64,000 nucleotides of DNA from Octopus vulgaris (taxonomy: Eukaryota): NCBI GenBank assembly GCA_951406725.2, contig OX597834.1, positions 8,432,001 through 8,496,000 of the forward strand, read 5' to 3'. Shown here in pieces: positions 42,563 to 56,193 of the stretch (position 1 is the first letter of the stretch; every line of letters starts with the position of its first letter). Position numbers and translations under genes: made by a program. The notes below the pieces were generated by a model. The model saw only the letters and a list, made by a program, of their open reading frames with translations. It searched no databases and was not told the DNA's origin.

Positions 42563-44212
42563 TATATACACACAAACATAAAATGTGCATATATACAAAC
42601 ATACATATGCGTATGTGTATATTTGTAGGTATGTGCATATGTGTGTGGCTTTTGTGTCTTTGCTGGTTTGTTAGGGTAACTGCAGACGTTATACGGAAGA
42701 AAATTTACGGATAAAATTTTTGTTACAAGTTTTATTCTGTTTGGTTTCATTATATGAAATGATTTAATTAAATGAACATCTTCGATTTTGTTGCATGGTT
42801 GAAAATGTGATGTGGATATTCACTTTTTCCAGAAAAATTGATGGAAACTAGGGGAATTTTTAACTAATCGAAAAACAGGATTCGCAAGCTGACATTCTGT
42901 GCGTGTTGACAACATTATAACAACAAAAGATTCAATGATGTCAGACGTAGGTTTTAATGAATGAAGTCCCGTTAATTGTTGGAATAAGCTTGTAATGTAT
43001 AAAATTCTCAAAATTAATTGAATGAAACTGAAACTGAACGTTAAATTACAAAAAAAAAATTTTTAATTCAGTTCATGTAAAGTTCGCACTCCTGGAAAAG
43101 ACAACCTAATCTCCTAACAATGAACACCCTAACATCACAAAATGCGGAATGATATGTTATATCATAGTAACCCACCGGGTTGTTTAGCATTACAATTTTC
43201 CTTTTCATCACAAGTCTGCCCTATCAACTGAATCGTCCTGGGCTTTCAACTTTTCCTATTACATACGATAGGGTACACGGGTTGGCAATAGACGGGTATG
43301 TAGAATACATAACAGCCTCATTTGTTACTACAACAATTTGTCTGAGACTTCGATTGCCTAAAATTACCCAACATTTAAAAGCTAGAAAATTCTGTTCTAT
43401 TAATTGAAGGCAAAAACAAATTTCCTTTCTATAAATAGCTTAGAAAATTTCATAAGTACATCAGATTTGCTATGAATTGAAACAAAATTGAAGGAATTGA
43501 AAAGTGAACGCCGAAGAGAAAATAACCTTTTTAAGATATTGCTTGTTCCATGTGTAACACGCGTATCTAACCGAATTACACCTGCTACTAAGTTTCTAGT
43601 AACTTTTTATTCTATAAGTTTTCCAGTTTATAATTTTTTTTACGTGATACGTATATGCAGTTGTATGCTGTACAAAATTATCATCTGTCTTGTAAATAAG
43701 TACATACTGTGCTTGAGGAGATCGTACACGTGATTAGTATAGCAAAATTAAAATCCAAAGCACAAGTATCTCCAACGATATTCTACACGGCAAGAGAAAT
43801 TATATCATATCCAGGAACAGCTATGTTATGCGGGGTAGGAAGAACGGTTTAAGGCGGAATATCTGTTACAATACAAGTTCATCAAAGCAACAGAATTTGA
43901 TCGAATTCACCGTGCTCTTTGAGGGTAAATTAGAAGATGAGCACGTTTCCAAGACACACACACACAAAAACAAAAATACGCATGCCTTGTAAACAGCCTG
44001 ACCGAAGACATCTTCTGAGTAAAAGATTTCGTCACAACGGTTGAAGTCAGATATTTTGCGGTCAAATCAACGTAAGATCTTATGAAACAAATCTCAGTGT
44101 CTGGATGCAAAAGGACCACAGCTCCAAAGGTAGTATCAAGGACAGCTGAAGTTAGTCGTGGAGGAACTAAATTTACATTCATACCATTTGAAGGTAATAT
44201 TTTAGTATTTCA

Positions 44213-44424
44213 AGACGGTGAGCTGGCAGAAACATTAGCAGGCTGGGCGAAATGCTTAGTGGTATTTCGTCAGTCTTTACGTTCTGAGTTCAAATTCCAC
44301 CGAGGTCGACTTTGCCTTTAATCCTTTCGTGGTGGATAAATTAAATACCCGTTGCCTATAGTGGTCGATCTAATCGACTGGTAACCTTCCCTTAAATTTA
44401 GGTCTTGTGCCTAGAGTAGTAAAG
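44213..44424 (+). mobile_element. SINE family B
   Basis: Family match; TSD aatattttagta(t/c)ttc at 44196-44211 / 44425-44440. Confidence 0.88.
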
Positions 44425-44754
44425 AATATTTTAGTACTTCGACTCTAAAGAAGGTCATTGTGGTAGTGTGACGATTCACTGCTACCATGACAACCAACGT
44501 CCTTATTTCAGTGTAAATTTGAAAGCTGAGTCAACGGAGTGGGGTGTTCCAAGTGGATGAAGCGGTTTAAATGCGCAGGTCCCCGATATCTAAGTGGATA
44601 AAATATGAGTGTAGAAGAGCACACAGGTATCAAAATCTAGGGGCGGCTCGGCCCAGCCCGGGCCCCTTAAGGTGTGAGGAGTTAAGGCCTGAAACTCTTG
44701 CCTCAGACTTATTCTCAGTAGACGTTCTGCTATTCAACGCTCTGGAGAGTTTCT

Positions 44755-44794
<40 letters not shown>

Positions 44795-44826
44795 CACACA
44801 TACACGCACGAACACACATGTATACT

Positions 44827-44868
<42 letters not shown>

Positions 44869-44916
44869 ATAGGTGCAGGTATTGATATAGGCATAGGCAT
44901 GAGCTGTATATAATTG

Positions 44917-45490
44917 TTGGGTTGCCCCTAATGTTCTGAACGCTTATAAGCTAAATCTTTTAACGTCTCATTGAACACACCTGAAAGGTAACACTTTGCT
45001 GACGCTTGAAGTGGTTAATTCACTTCTTCCTTTCTATGACAATAAATAGATTTATATTTCATTCTCGTTACCCTTTATTGACCTTTCAAACAGATAATAA
45101 AATATTTCATATTTGCACTGTAATACTTTGCACTGTAATAAATACTGTAATATTTGCACTGTAATAAAATATTTCATATTTGCACTGTAATACTTTCCTG
45201 TAATTAAACAAAGGTAAAACTACAGCAACGACTAGCAAAAACATATAATGATATTTATGGTGATGATGCTGTAGTTGAATCAACTTTTTGAAGGTCACTT
45301 CCAAAATTTGAATTTGGAGGGATAAGCTTGGACGATGATAGTCGCACTGGAAGACCTGCAAAATTGGATGAAATCGCTTTGGGGCCAAAATTCATGAAAA
45401 ATCAAATAAAACGTCTGGAGAACTTGGGGAAGGAGTTGGACGTTTCTAAAAGTAAGGCTCATGAATATCTTGGGAATGAGGTTACATTTC
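44917..45490 (+). mobile_element. 5' fragment of a mariner transposon
   Basis: TIR-like ttgggttgcccc; frameshifted KGKTTATTSKNI/NDIYGDDAVVEST...SLDDDSRTGRP (mariner HTH region). Confidence 0.65.
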
Positions 45491-45582
45491 TCGCTATGGT
45501 TTTATAATTTCATATATATGTTTATTTGCACATATATAGGTAGGCATATGTGAATATATATGTGTATATATATATATACATG

Positions 45583-45644
<62 letters not shown>

Positions 45645-45663
45645 ATCTGTGTTTGTGTGAATG

Positions 45664-45703
<40 letters not shown>

Positions 45704-45775
45704 ATAAGGCAAGGAAAATTTTTAGGTGAAGACGGAATTTAATTCGTAATCGAGGTATATAAATGCATGTATATA

Positions 45776-45823
<48 letters not shown>

Positions 45824-46779
45824 AACATATATACATACATGCATACATACACATATATCTGTGTGCATATACGTGCATTGTGTGTTAGAGTGAGTGTATA
45901 TGTGGCATTGGACGCACGCATGTATTAAGCTGTGTACGTTACTATTTTTAGTTTGTTTCGTTTGACACTGAAACGACTAAATATGATATCAGCTCACACA
46001 TTCAGGTCTATTTTGATGCAAATAGCTAAATTCAGGAAGCACTTTTGGAATATGCATGCAAAAATATTCATAAGCAGATTTAAATATCTTAATACACATT
46101 GATAATGAATAGGTTACCTACAATCTTTAGGAAATATTGCTTGCTTATATCTATGTTATATAAATAGAATACTTGGTGTCTGTATCTATTCATATGAAAA
46201 ATCATCGATATTTTCATATCGTCTGTATTGTATGTGTTAAACACCGAAAAGCAAGTGAGATTGCTACAGATAATTAGCATCTTGTGTTGATGAATAACGA
46301 AAAGTCTTTAGTTTTACATTACATGATCATCTTCCAACGAACAGTAAAATAATTATGAACATTGTTAGTCAATTTGCAGAAGGCAATTTCCCTGCAATTA
46401 TCGATAGAAATCTCAGCGTTTGTTCATCAATTCCGAACATTTGTTTAGCATTGCAATCGCCTGTTAGAGGATGTAATATTTCGCCGATAGACAAAGATCA
46501 GAACTAGGGAGACTGACGTAGAGGCCCGCGTACTATGTAATGGAAAAAAGATCGATTATGTAATTGTAATTCTTATCATCATTTATACATATTTGAATCA
46601 TGAGGTGTTCGATTTATCCAGATATATACACATGGTGTCGGGGTTAAATATAACGACGCTTTATGTCTTCATTTATCAGAAACAATCAACAGCGTTGGAG
46701 AGCATAACGTTTAAAGATGTAGTTCAACAAACGTTACATGACATGGAGGACTCTAAGTCATCTCAATCTCGGAAAATAA

Positions 46780-47100
46780 TTACTTGTACCCCAATGATTC
46801 ATACGGGTGTCAAAATGACAAAATACCGACTGCTGCTCAACACTCTGTCAACACTGTTCGGGTTGGGAGACTTAATATTTCCCCTTGAATGGTAAAATGA
46901 AATATATTAGATATATGTAAGGATCCCTTTCAGGGGCGCTATTATCGACATTTTCAACAATCTGAGTATGGCATGAGGTTTCCAAACATGCGTTTTACGC
47001 ACGTGTCAAGTTTCATCAAAATCGATAAAAGGAAGTTGGAGGAGTTAGCTAACTACTCCACAAACACACCACAGACAGAATTTCCCCACATATGTAGACT
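46780..47100 (-). mobile_element. Possible non-autonomous Helitron-like 5' fragment
   Basis: aagtttcatcaaaatcg...ggaggagtt...cacagacaga layout resembles the ends of the Helitrons at 42562 and 53797. Confidence 0.3.
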
Positions 47101-47175
47101 CTCTCTCTCTATATATATATATATATTATATATATATATATATTGTGAGAGAGAGAGAGAGAGAGACATATATAG

Positions 47176-47242
<67 letters not shown>

Positions 47243-47243
<1 letters not shown>

Positions 47244-47568
47244 GAGGATATTATCGATATTTAAGTGTCGAAATTATCAAGTGGCCAGCATGAAAGAAAT
47301 TCCTTACAAAGGTAAGAAAATTTTTAACAATTAAAAATGAGGGTGTCTAAAAGACACCAACATGCCGAAATATCAGTCGAAACTCTGACTATAAAACCAC
47401 GTTAAATGTTCATATCGCATCATGAGGTAAAGCGGAGGGACAAAACATACAAGCAAGTGTTTTGTCCCTCCGCTTTACCTCATGGTGCGATATGAACATT
47501 TAACGTGGTTTTATAGTCAGAGTTTCGACTGCTATTTCGGCATGTTGGTGTCTTTTAGACACCCTCAT

Positions 47569-47576
<8 letters not shown>
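47243..47576 (-). mobile_element. Palindromic element in (TA)n, 119-bp arms, distant relative of the 18244 repeat
   Basis: Arms 47329-47447 / 47458-47576; shares gaggata, gaaattatca, tgagggt and aga(c/t)accaaca motifs in order with 18250-18415. Confidence 0.8.
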
Positions 47577-47634
<58 letters not shown>

Positions 47635-47679
47635 TTAGATAGATAGATAGATATAGATATATATGTACATCTATATGTA

Positions 47680-47868
47680 TATGCTTGTGTGCCTGTGTTT
47701 GCCCACCCCCACTATCACTTGAAAACCGATGTTGGTTTATTTACACCTGCATAAGAAATACCGATAAAATAACTACTAAGATTACGAAGAATAAGCCTCC
47801 GCCTCGAATTGTTGGACTAAAACAGCGCCCCAGCATGGTCAATGTTAAATGACTGAAAGAAGTAAAAA
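47680..47868 (+). mobile_element. SINE family A, degenerate 3' half
   Basis: cttgaaaaccgatgttgg...cagcatggtc...aatgactgaaa. Confidence 0.55.
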
Positions 47869-47965
47869 CTGGAGCGTATATATACATACATATATATTCG
47901 TATCTATATGCATATATGTATATGTACATATTCATATCTATATGAATATAGTTGTGTGTGTATAC

Positions 47966-48004
<39 letters not shown>

Positions 48005-49438
48005 TGTATGTGTGCCGTATGTCTATAATAATGTGTAAGTGTCTATGGACATTACTTATTATCAATTTCTTCTAATATTAGTCTTGATTCTAGCAAATAT
48101 ATATTTCCCAGCGAATGTGTTTTCTTTAGACATGATACGGTTAGGTTTCAGCCTATTGCTTATGGATTCCGTTCCACATAAGTAGAAATCTACACAAAAA
48201 TGGACGAATTAAGTAGAAGTCAATGGTTTATCCAACTCACTCCGTATTGATTTATGCTAGGGCCTCGACAATGAGTTAGCTCGTATTCCTCATGTACGTA
48301 TATCTTACAGGTTTACACAAAATATCACGTTTCGTAGACACATAAACGAATGCTTTCTCTGCTCATATCTTTTCTTTCCTTCTCTGTCTATAAATTTCTC
48401 TCGCTAGTAAACACACGCACCCACAAACACACACAGATAAACCTAATAACATATATGTAATCAGAAACACATAGATTTATTTACTCCCACACATACGTGA
48501 ACATATACAGAGAAACTTATGATTGCGTCGAAGAATATACAACGAAATTCCACCCACACTTTCATGTGTCTGTGTGCGCGTGTTGAGTGATTGTATGTGT
48601 GTGTGCGATTATGTGTTGAGTACATGCATGTGTTTGTGTGTACGATTATCTGTTGTGTGATTTTATATATGTGTGTGTGCGTGTATGCCTTCGGGCGAGT
48701 GTGTGTGCCTGCGTGTGTCTATGTAATTATGTGCGTGTGTATGTTTGTGCGTAAGAGAGTCTGTGTGTAATTATGAATTGTCTCTGTGCTTCTGTTCGTG
48801 AGTGCGAGTAGATGTATTGCGTATGTACGCCCCCGACGTGTAACTGAAAATCAAATGACAGAGAGATCGAGAGAGATAGAAAGAACGGGAAAGATATAAA
48901 GTGAGGGAAAGAGAAATAGAAAGAGAAATGATAAAGCGAATGTGAGCGACAGCCAGAAAGTCACACAGACTGAGAGAGTAGAATAGGAAGAAAGATTTCG
49001 TTTATGTAAATATGAAACACACGTAAACAGATATATATATATATGTTTATGCTTTTATGTGTATCTATATCATTTACATCTAATAACGCATCTCTTGCTA
49101 TCTAATATCCAGCAGAGAAGCTTACTTTAACAATTTGCTTGTAGTTCACATTCGCTTTTTGACTGATGGTGGAAGCAATACTTATTTGTTTAGTGAGGTG
49201 AGGTTCGTGCCCAATTAAAAGCGTGGGCATTTTCTGTCTGTCTTTTGCCTCCACTACCATTTGACCAAACACATTCATGTGTCTACGTTTGGGAAAAAAG
49301 AGCATAGAATAAGTATTGGACTTTAAAATGTATTATTCGGGCCGGTTCTTTTGACTAAAATTCGGCAAAGATGTGGTACAACAGCGCCGCAATCTAATGA
49401 TTGAGAAAATTAAGTATTAAAAGTTAAAGCATAATGAC

Positions 49439-49487
<49 letters not shown>

Positions 49488-49496
49488 CGCTTGTGG

Positions 49497-49562
<66 letters not shown>

Positions 49563-49589
49563 GTATGTATATATGTATGTATGTATGTA

Positions 49590-49815
49590 GATATGAAATA
49601 TATTTGCCAAATAAATTTGGAATGTGAACGTCCCATAGAGGACGGTGTTACTGTTGTTTTTAGCACTAGGAAGACATCTCCAATAGCTGGCATACAACAC
49701 GCTGTTTGTGTCCGATTAGTATTTGCGGCAGGGAGGTTATCGCTCCCATCTGGCCTTACGTGATACATATAGATCCGGGTTTCTGAGTAGTTATCCGTCT
49801 TCAGTATGTATCTAT
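49590..49815 (-). mobile_element. Diverged relative of the 32590 element with a hammerhead motif at 49762-49812
   Basis: Collinear similarity to 32590-32801; minus strand gatacata-CTGAAGA-cgga taactac tca-GAAAC-CCGG-ATC-(ta)tatgtatc. Confidence 0.7.
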
Positions 49816-49840
49816 GTATGTATGTGCGTGAATATATATA

Positions 49841-49923
<83 letters not shown>

Positions 49924-50714
49924 ATATGTATATAAATATGCATACATACATATATATATATATATGTGTGTGTGTATGTATGTATATACATTTATATACA
50001 TATATATATGTGTGTATATATATATATATATGTATATTTATGTCATATATATATATGCATATATGTATGTATGCGTGTATATACGTATATATATATATGT
50101 GTTGTGCGTGTGTGTGAATGTATGTTTGCTCATGTATATATATAGCGACACGTGGGCTCGTAAATGTCCATTGCCAACATTTGTACCGCTGGAATATATA
50201 GAGAGTATGATTTAGTACATTTTATTCTCGCTCCGTAATATCATAAATCTGTCTGGGCATTGCTAGTGTCCCGATTCTTGTGTTTAACCTCGACCATCTA
50301 CCTTTATTTAAATAGAATATATTCTCATCCACGACAAGCTAGTGCAGTAAACTAAATTTTCTCGTGTAACTCTGGTTAAAATCATGATTTTACGGAATTA
50401 ATATCAACGTTGAATTACTCTGAATTGCCCCAAAGCTAATATTTTGTGCATCATAGAAATGTTGGTCTTCAGTTTATATGATAATAATATAAGTTATATT
50501 GTTGCATGACTGACTTATTCAATAGATCAGATTTTAGCATCCAATGAATATGCGGACGAATGTAATTCTACACTGGATTCATTTTTCTTTAGGTGTTCCA
50601 TATAACGCCGGGTTTCCTCCGCGGACACATCTTTCGAAATACTAAGGGGTACTATACACCTGAATACTATTCGTATGGCATTTCTTATACACGCAGAACA
50701 CAAGTATATATATA

Positions 50715-51133
50715 TCTTTTATTCTTTTACTTGTTCCAGCCATTTGACTGTGGCCATGCTGGAGCACCACTTTTCTAGACGAGCAAATCGGCCCCAGGAC
50801 TTATTCTCTGTAAGTCTAGTACTTATTCTATCAGTCTGTTTTACCGAACCGCTAAGTTACAGGGACGTGAACACACCAGCATCGGATGTCAAATGATGTT
50901 GTGGGGGACAAACACAGATACACAAACACACATACACACGCACATCTATATATATACATATATACACCGGGCTTCTTTCAGATTCTGTCTATCAAATCCA
51001 CTCACAAGGGTTTTGTCAGCCCGAGGCTGTAGCAGAAGACACTTCCCCAAGGTGTCACGCAGGAGGACTGAACCCAGACTGAACCCATGTGGCTGGTAAG
51101 CAAGCTACTTACCACACAGCCACCCCTACGCCT
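50715..51133 (-). mobile_element. SINE family A
   Basis: Matches the family, moderately diverged. Confidence 0.85.
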
Positions 51134-51136
51134 ATA

Positions 51137-51199
<63 letters not shown>

Positions 51200-51531
51200 A
51201 CTCATTAATGCACATGCACTCATACATTCGGGCGAACGCACACACACGCATACACAAACAGGTACAGGTATAGGTTTGCTTATATAATGGTTTTTAGAAA
51301 ATATTCACGATGCAATCACGATATCCAACCAAATCTCTATAACTAAAATTATTGAACGTATTAAACACATTCTTGAAAATATGATAACCTGACCATTAAG
51401 CTTGGACGTTTCCAAGAAACCGCTTAACGCTGTTTGCTGCGTTTCTAACATGTATATCATAAAGTAGTCCATGTAGAGATAATTGTGTTTACTGGGTGCG
51501 GTTTTTAGTATTTCTGTTTTAGCTTCGGATA

Positions 51532-51950
51532 TCTCTTATACTCTTTTACTCATTTACTTGTCTCAGTCATCTGACTGCGGCCATGCTGGAGCACCGCCTT
51601 TAGTCGAGCAAATCGACACCGGGACTTATTCTTTGTAAGCCCAGTAAATATTCTATCTGTCTCTTTTGCCGAACCGCTAAGTGACGGGGACGTAAACACA
51701 CCAGCATCGGTTGTCAAGCAATGCTAGGGGGACAAACACAGACACACAAACATATACACACACACTTATATCTATATACATATATACGACAGGCTTCTTT
51801 CAGTTTCCGTCTACCAAATCCACTCACAATGCATTGGTCGGCCCGAGGCTATAGTAGAAGACACCTGCCCAAGATGCCACGCACTGGGACTAAACCCAGA
51901 ACCATGTGGTTGGTTAGCAAGCTACTTACCACACAGCCACTCCTGCGCCT
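51532..51950 (-). mobile_element. SINE family A, full length
   Basis: Matches the family. Confidence 0.92.
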
Positions 51951-52297
51951 ATAGAAATTTATACAAATTATTTTTCTCTAGTGTATCTAATAGATAATTT
52001 TCTCCCTCAATTTTGGAGAAAGAAAGGGTGACTCTTTCACAAACAATTAGATGTTCACTAAAGCTTAGAAAGCTTTATTTACTCTCACCGGGTTCATTAA
52101 TTTTTGTCCTGATCGGCAGATACATTTCTCATTGCATTTTTAATATTCGATCCAGTAAATGCAATGTTTTTTTTTATTTGTGCTCCATATTTGTAATAAC
52201 CTTGAATTCCATTCCATTCATGAATTATGTTTCCTCCCGTCCAATCAAATCACACGTTTTTCATTGAGTGACTTCGATGTCGTTTAGTTGCATTACT

Positions 52298-52624
52298 CTA
52301 AAAGACTCCGCCGGTTACGACGACGAGGGTCCCAGCTGATACGATCAACGGAACAGCTTGCTCGTGAAATTAACGTGCAAATGGCTGAGCATTCCACAGA
52401 CACGTGTACCCTTAACGTAGTTCTCGGGGATAATCAGCGTGACACAGAGAGTGACAAGGCTGACCCTTTGAAATACAAGTACAACTCATTTTTGCCAGCT
52501 GAGTGGACTGGAGCAACGTGAAATAAAGTGTCTTGCTCAAGGACACAACGCGTCGCCGGGAATCGAACTCACAACCTTACGATCATTAGCCGAATGCCCT
52601 AACCACTAAGCCACGCGCCCTCAC
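52298..52624 (-). mobile_element. SINE family D (tRNA head plus CORE-like domain)
   Basis: Minus strand GTGGCTTAGTGGTTAG (A box), GAGTTCGATTCCC (B box), gttgtgtccttgagcaagacact; 13-bp TSD tagttgcattact at 52285-52297 / 52625-52637. Confidence 0.9.
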
Positions 52625-53405
52625 TAGTTGCATTACTAGAACCATGCTTTTGCTCATAATCTTTTAAGATTTGGCTATTTACGTTGGCTCTTAATAATTT
52701 GTGACTCTTTAATTATTTTACTCAGATTCGTTCATTGGTATAGAATTCAAAGTTAATTTTGGGGCTAATATAAGAAGTACAGCTTTCTGGAATTGTGTGT
52801 GACTTCAAATGAAATAATCTTATCTGTGCCTTTCTTCCCGTTGTGAAGACTTAACTGTAAGTCAGTCAGAGTAAGGAGACTTTTTCTTTGCTTATGGAAT
52901 GATTGCTAAGATGTTCAGCCAATTTTGGATTTGAATGAATATTTTTAGCTCTACTAGTTGCCTCATTCGTTTCCTAGAATCTGTAACTATTAAACATGTA
53001 TATATTATCATATTAAATGTGATGGATTGCAAGATCTGAAGTCTAAATATTGGTGTACGTCCGTGTCCTTGCATAAGAAATCTATTGAAATAATCTCATG
53101 TTCCTTAATTATCAAAACCTCTGGAAGAGAAAATTCCCTTTCATTAATGTTCATTATGAATTAGATCGCTCTGGAATGGTGTTCATTAATTTATATATTT
53201 TAATATCCGATATAAATAAAGCCACTTTAGTTACTATTAGATATGACACTGACTGCTAATATAACAGATTTCCTGATTCAGCATACGCTTAAGTGTCAAG
53301 CATATTGCTCTATTCTGATATTGGTTGTATTCTGGTGAAACGCTTATCACATTCTTATTAGCAGTGGATTGTAAGGTGTAATAAAAATTCTTTGAATATC
53401 ATAAA

Positions 53406-53797
53406 CTAGCAGTATCGCCCGGCGTTGCTCGGGTTTGTAAGGGAAATAACTATATAAGCATTTTTAGAGATGTAAAGTATAATAGCCATCTCAATATGGC
53501 TAACCACAAAGGGTGTGTGTTACTGTAGCTTTTTACGTTCTGAGATTTAATAATACATTTTTAGAGAGTTACTTCCCTTATATATGCCAAAAATGCATTA
53601 AAAATGGGATAAATTGATGGTAATTTTGTTTTAAATCGTTGACTCATCGTAGACGCGCGCTAATATCCAGAAGGGCTCGATATGAATCACGACTATAAGA
53701 TACCCGGTTTTGGTTAAACTGCACCGCAAAATGTGGGAGTAAGGAATCTAAATCGTAGGAGACAGATAGCACACAACCTCACTTTTATATATAAAGA
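53406..53797 (-). mobile_element. Complete non-autonomous Helitron (392 bp)
   Basis: Minus strand A|TCTTTATATATA...hairpin cccgagcaacgccggg...CTAG|T, no TSD. Confidence 0.85.
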
Positions 53798-54912
53798 TAT
53801 ACTTTCTCTACACATTGGCTACTCAACTTCTTTGTGAGCAGCGACGGCAGCATCAGAGGTCATTTGAACACCGTACGAAGTGATGCACTGTTAAACCTCT
53901 TCAAAACATGTTTATTACCTAAAGAGTAATATCATTTTAGAATATGTGCTTCCCAACGCCAAAAATACATTTTGGATGTTTTGCGATGAGAATTCGTGCC
54001 GTAATTATTACTTATTTAGAAAGGCACTGTTATTTACCCTGTACATCCTAAACTCTACTTACTTCAGGCGTGATGGGCTAATAAAAGTTGTCTTGACATT
54101 TATGGTAAAGCATTTCTTTATATAGCTCAGGGGGGAAACTGAGAATCTGAAAAATTTAGGAAATTTTGTAATTTATATCACATTGAAGAAAAGGATATTT
54201 AATACCAACACTTTCAAATATTTCCCTCTTAGAACCAGCTTTTTTGCTTTATTCGTTTCAGTGAGAGGAAGTAGAGTAGAGTAGGCTTCTTAATCCATTT
54301 CTTGCTTTCAATATCTCTCTTGTTATAACACCATCAGCTCTTTCTAAACCACTCTCTGTATTGGTCTCTAGTAATCCAAACTCATTCATATTTCTGACGT
54401 TTTCAGGACAAGTTTCCTTTGGCAATGTCACCGTATATTACTGAACTTTATGAAGACTTTCTGCTGTCGGAAAATTTGATTTGCAATGTCACTGATTCAG
54501 TTTTACTGTGTTTACCCAATCATTGATGCATTCCTGTTACTAGAATTTCCATCATATTGAATATTTCTCAATGCGTCTAACTGTAGTTTTATCTTTCCTT
54601 CAATTGCTTCCATGTTCCTGTCGGATATTATGACTCGAATTGACATTTCATATAATAAGTCATTGCCGGAAGCAGAGAAACTCTTTTCTTGGTGATATGT
54701 TACACTATCACATGACGTGAAATAATAATTCTAACTCTTTATACAGAAAGCTAGCCTTTGTTGGCATTTATTTTGCCTGGAGCTCAGACATTGAAACTGT
54801 ATTGGAAAGAATGTGCTGATCAGTCTGGAAATGGTCTTCTATTATACAAACCATATTTGTATTTGAACACCAAATTACATGAAGTTTGAGGACTGGAATC
54901 CACGTAATCGAC

Positions 54913-55606
54913 TTACACCCACTCCTAAAAGTACTAGTCTGCTTCCAAAATGTTAAACTATTCTTACCATTTTTTAAATTGTATCGAGTTACCCAAATTT
55001 CGGTAAGGTGAGACATAAGTTGTATTTTTAAATTAGTCACTGTATTTTACAATTTCCAAAGGTGCACAAGGGCGACAGCAATCTCCATTAAAGAACCGAC
55101 AATTGTTCAATTTTTTTTATGTGCCCTTTACAAGACTAGCCATGCTCTGGGCCCGGTTTCCCGGTTTCTGTGGCGTATGTGTTCGCCCTAGCTGGACGGG
55201 ACGCCAGTCCATCGCAACGTTACCCAGGAAACAGGAAGAAAAGTGAGAGAAAGGGTACAGCAGGGGTCGCCACCACCCCCTGCCGCAGCCACATGGAGCT
55301 TTATGTGTTTTCGCTCAATAAACACACACAACGTCCGGTCTGGGAATCGAAACCGCGATCCTCCGACCGCGAGTCCGTTGCTCTGACCACTGGGCCATTG
55401 CGTCTCCTCATTTACACCCACTCCTAAAAATAATTTTCTGGGCCTAAAAAGCTAAACCATTATTACCATTTTTTAAATTGTATCTAGTTACCCAAATTTC
55501 TGTAAGGTCAGCCATAAGTTGTATTTTAAAATTAGTCGCTGTACTTAACAATTTCCAAAGGTGCACAATGGCGACACCGATCTCCATTAAAGAACCGACA
55601 ATTGTT
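54913..55606. repeat. 195-bp direct repeats flanking a SINE
   Basis: 54913-55107 and 55412-55606 are the same length and align with moderate divergence. Confidence 0.9.
55108..55411 (-). mobile_element. SINE family C, full length with A-rich tail
   Basis: tRNA-like head TGGCCCAGTGGTCAG...GGTTTCGATTCCC; body gcgatggactggcgtcccgtccag; A-rich end. Confidence 0.85.
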
Positions 55607-55953
55607 TTACAGGTTCATTGTTCAAATTAGATCAATGTAAATCTAAATATATCTCCACACGCGAAGAATAATGTGTATGTGTAGACAATTCTACACATGT
55701 AACGAGCGTATTCATCCGTGTGAGTTCTGTGCAGTCCAACCACAACCATCACCACCACATACATAGTTGTGTGTGTATATATTTATATGACCGTTTGTAT
55801 GTGTATATATTTATCAAGTTCTTAACATCTAACACCAACGACTTAGAGTTACAAGCACACATACACACACTCACACAAACACCCAGAGACATAGACACAC
55901 ATGACACATTCATGCATACACACATACTCAAGCACATACGCATATATACATAT

Positions 55954-56027
<74 letters not shown>

Positions 56028-56047
56028 ATATGCATACGTATATATAT

Positions 56048-56086
<39 letters not shown>

Positions 56087-56089
56087 TAA

Positions 56090-56193
<104 letters not shown>

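Larger units (their letters stand above)
51500..53400 (-). pseudogene. Highly decayed Penelope-like retroelement ORF (RT C-terminus, linker, GIY-YIG), possibly extending towards 54900
   Basis: FIMNINEREFSLPEVLIIKEHEIISIDFLCKDTDVHQYLDFRSCNPSH (about 53160-53018), KIISFEVTHNSR, IIKSQRK.PNLKRL, KCNEKCICRSGQKLMNPVRV, FSEHLIVC, KF|YPKL; split by two SINEs. Confidence 0.65.

Noticed and set aside
51385-51470. Expected hammerhead downstream of the PLE fossil
   Set aside because: Only a hairpin and GAAAC remain; the core is unrecognisable.
52545-52624. tRNA gene (also the heads at about 8065-8131 and 55340-55411)
   Set aside because: A and B boxes are present but continue into SINE bodies without a clear acceptor stem.
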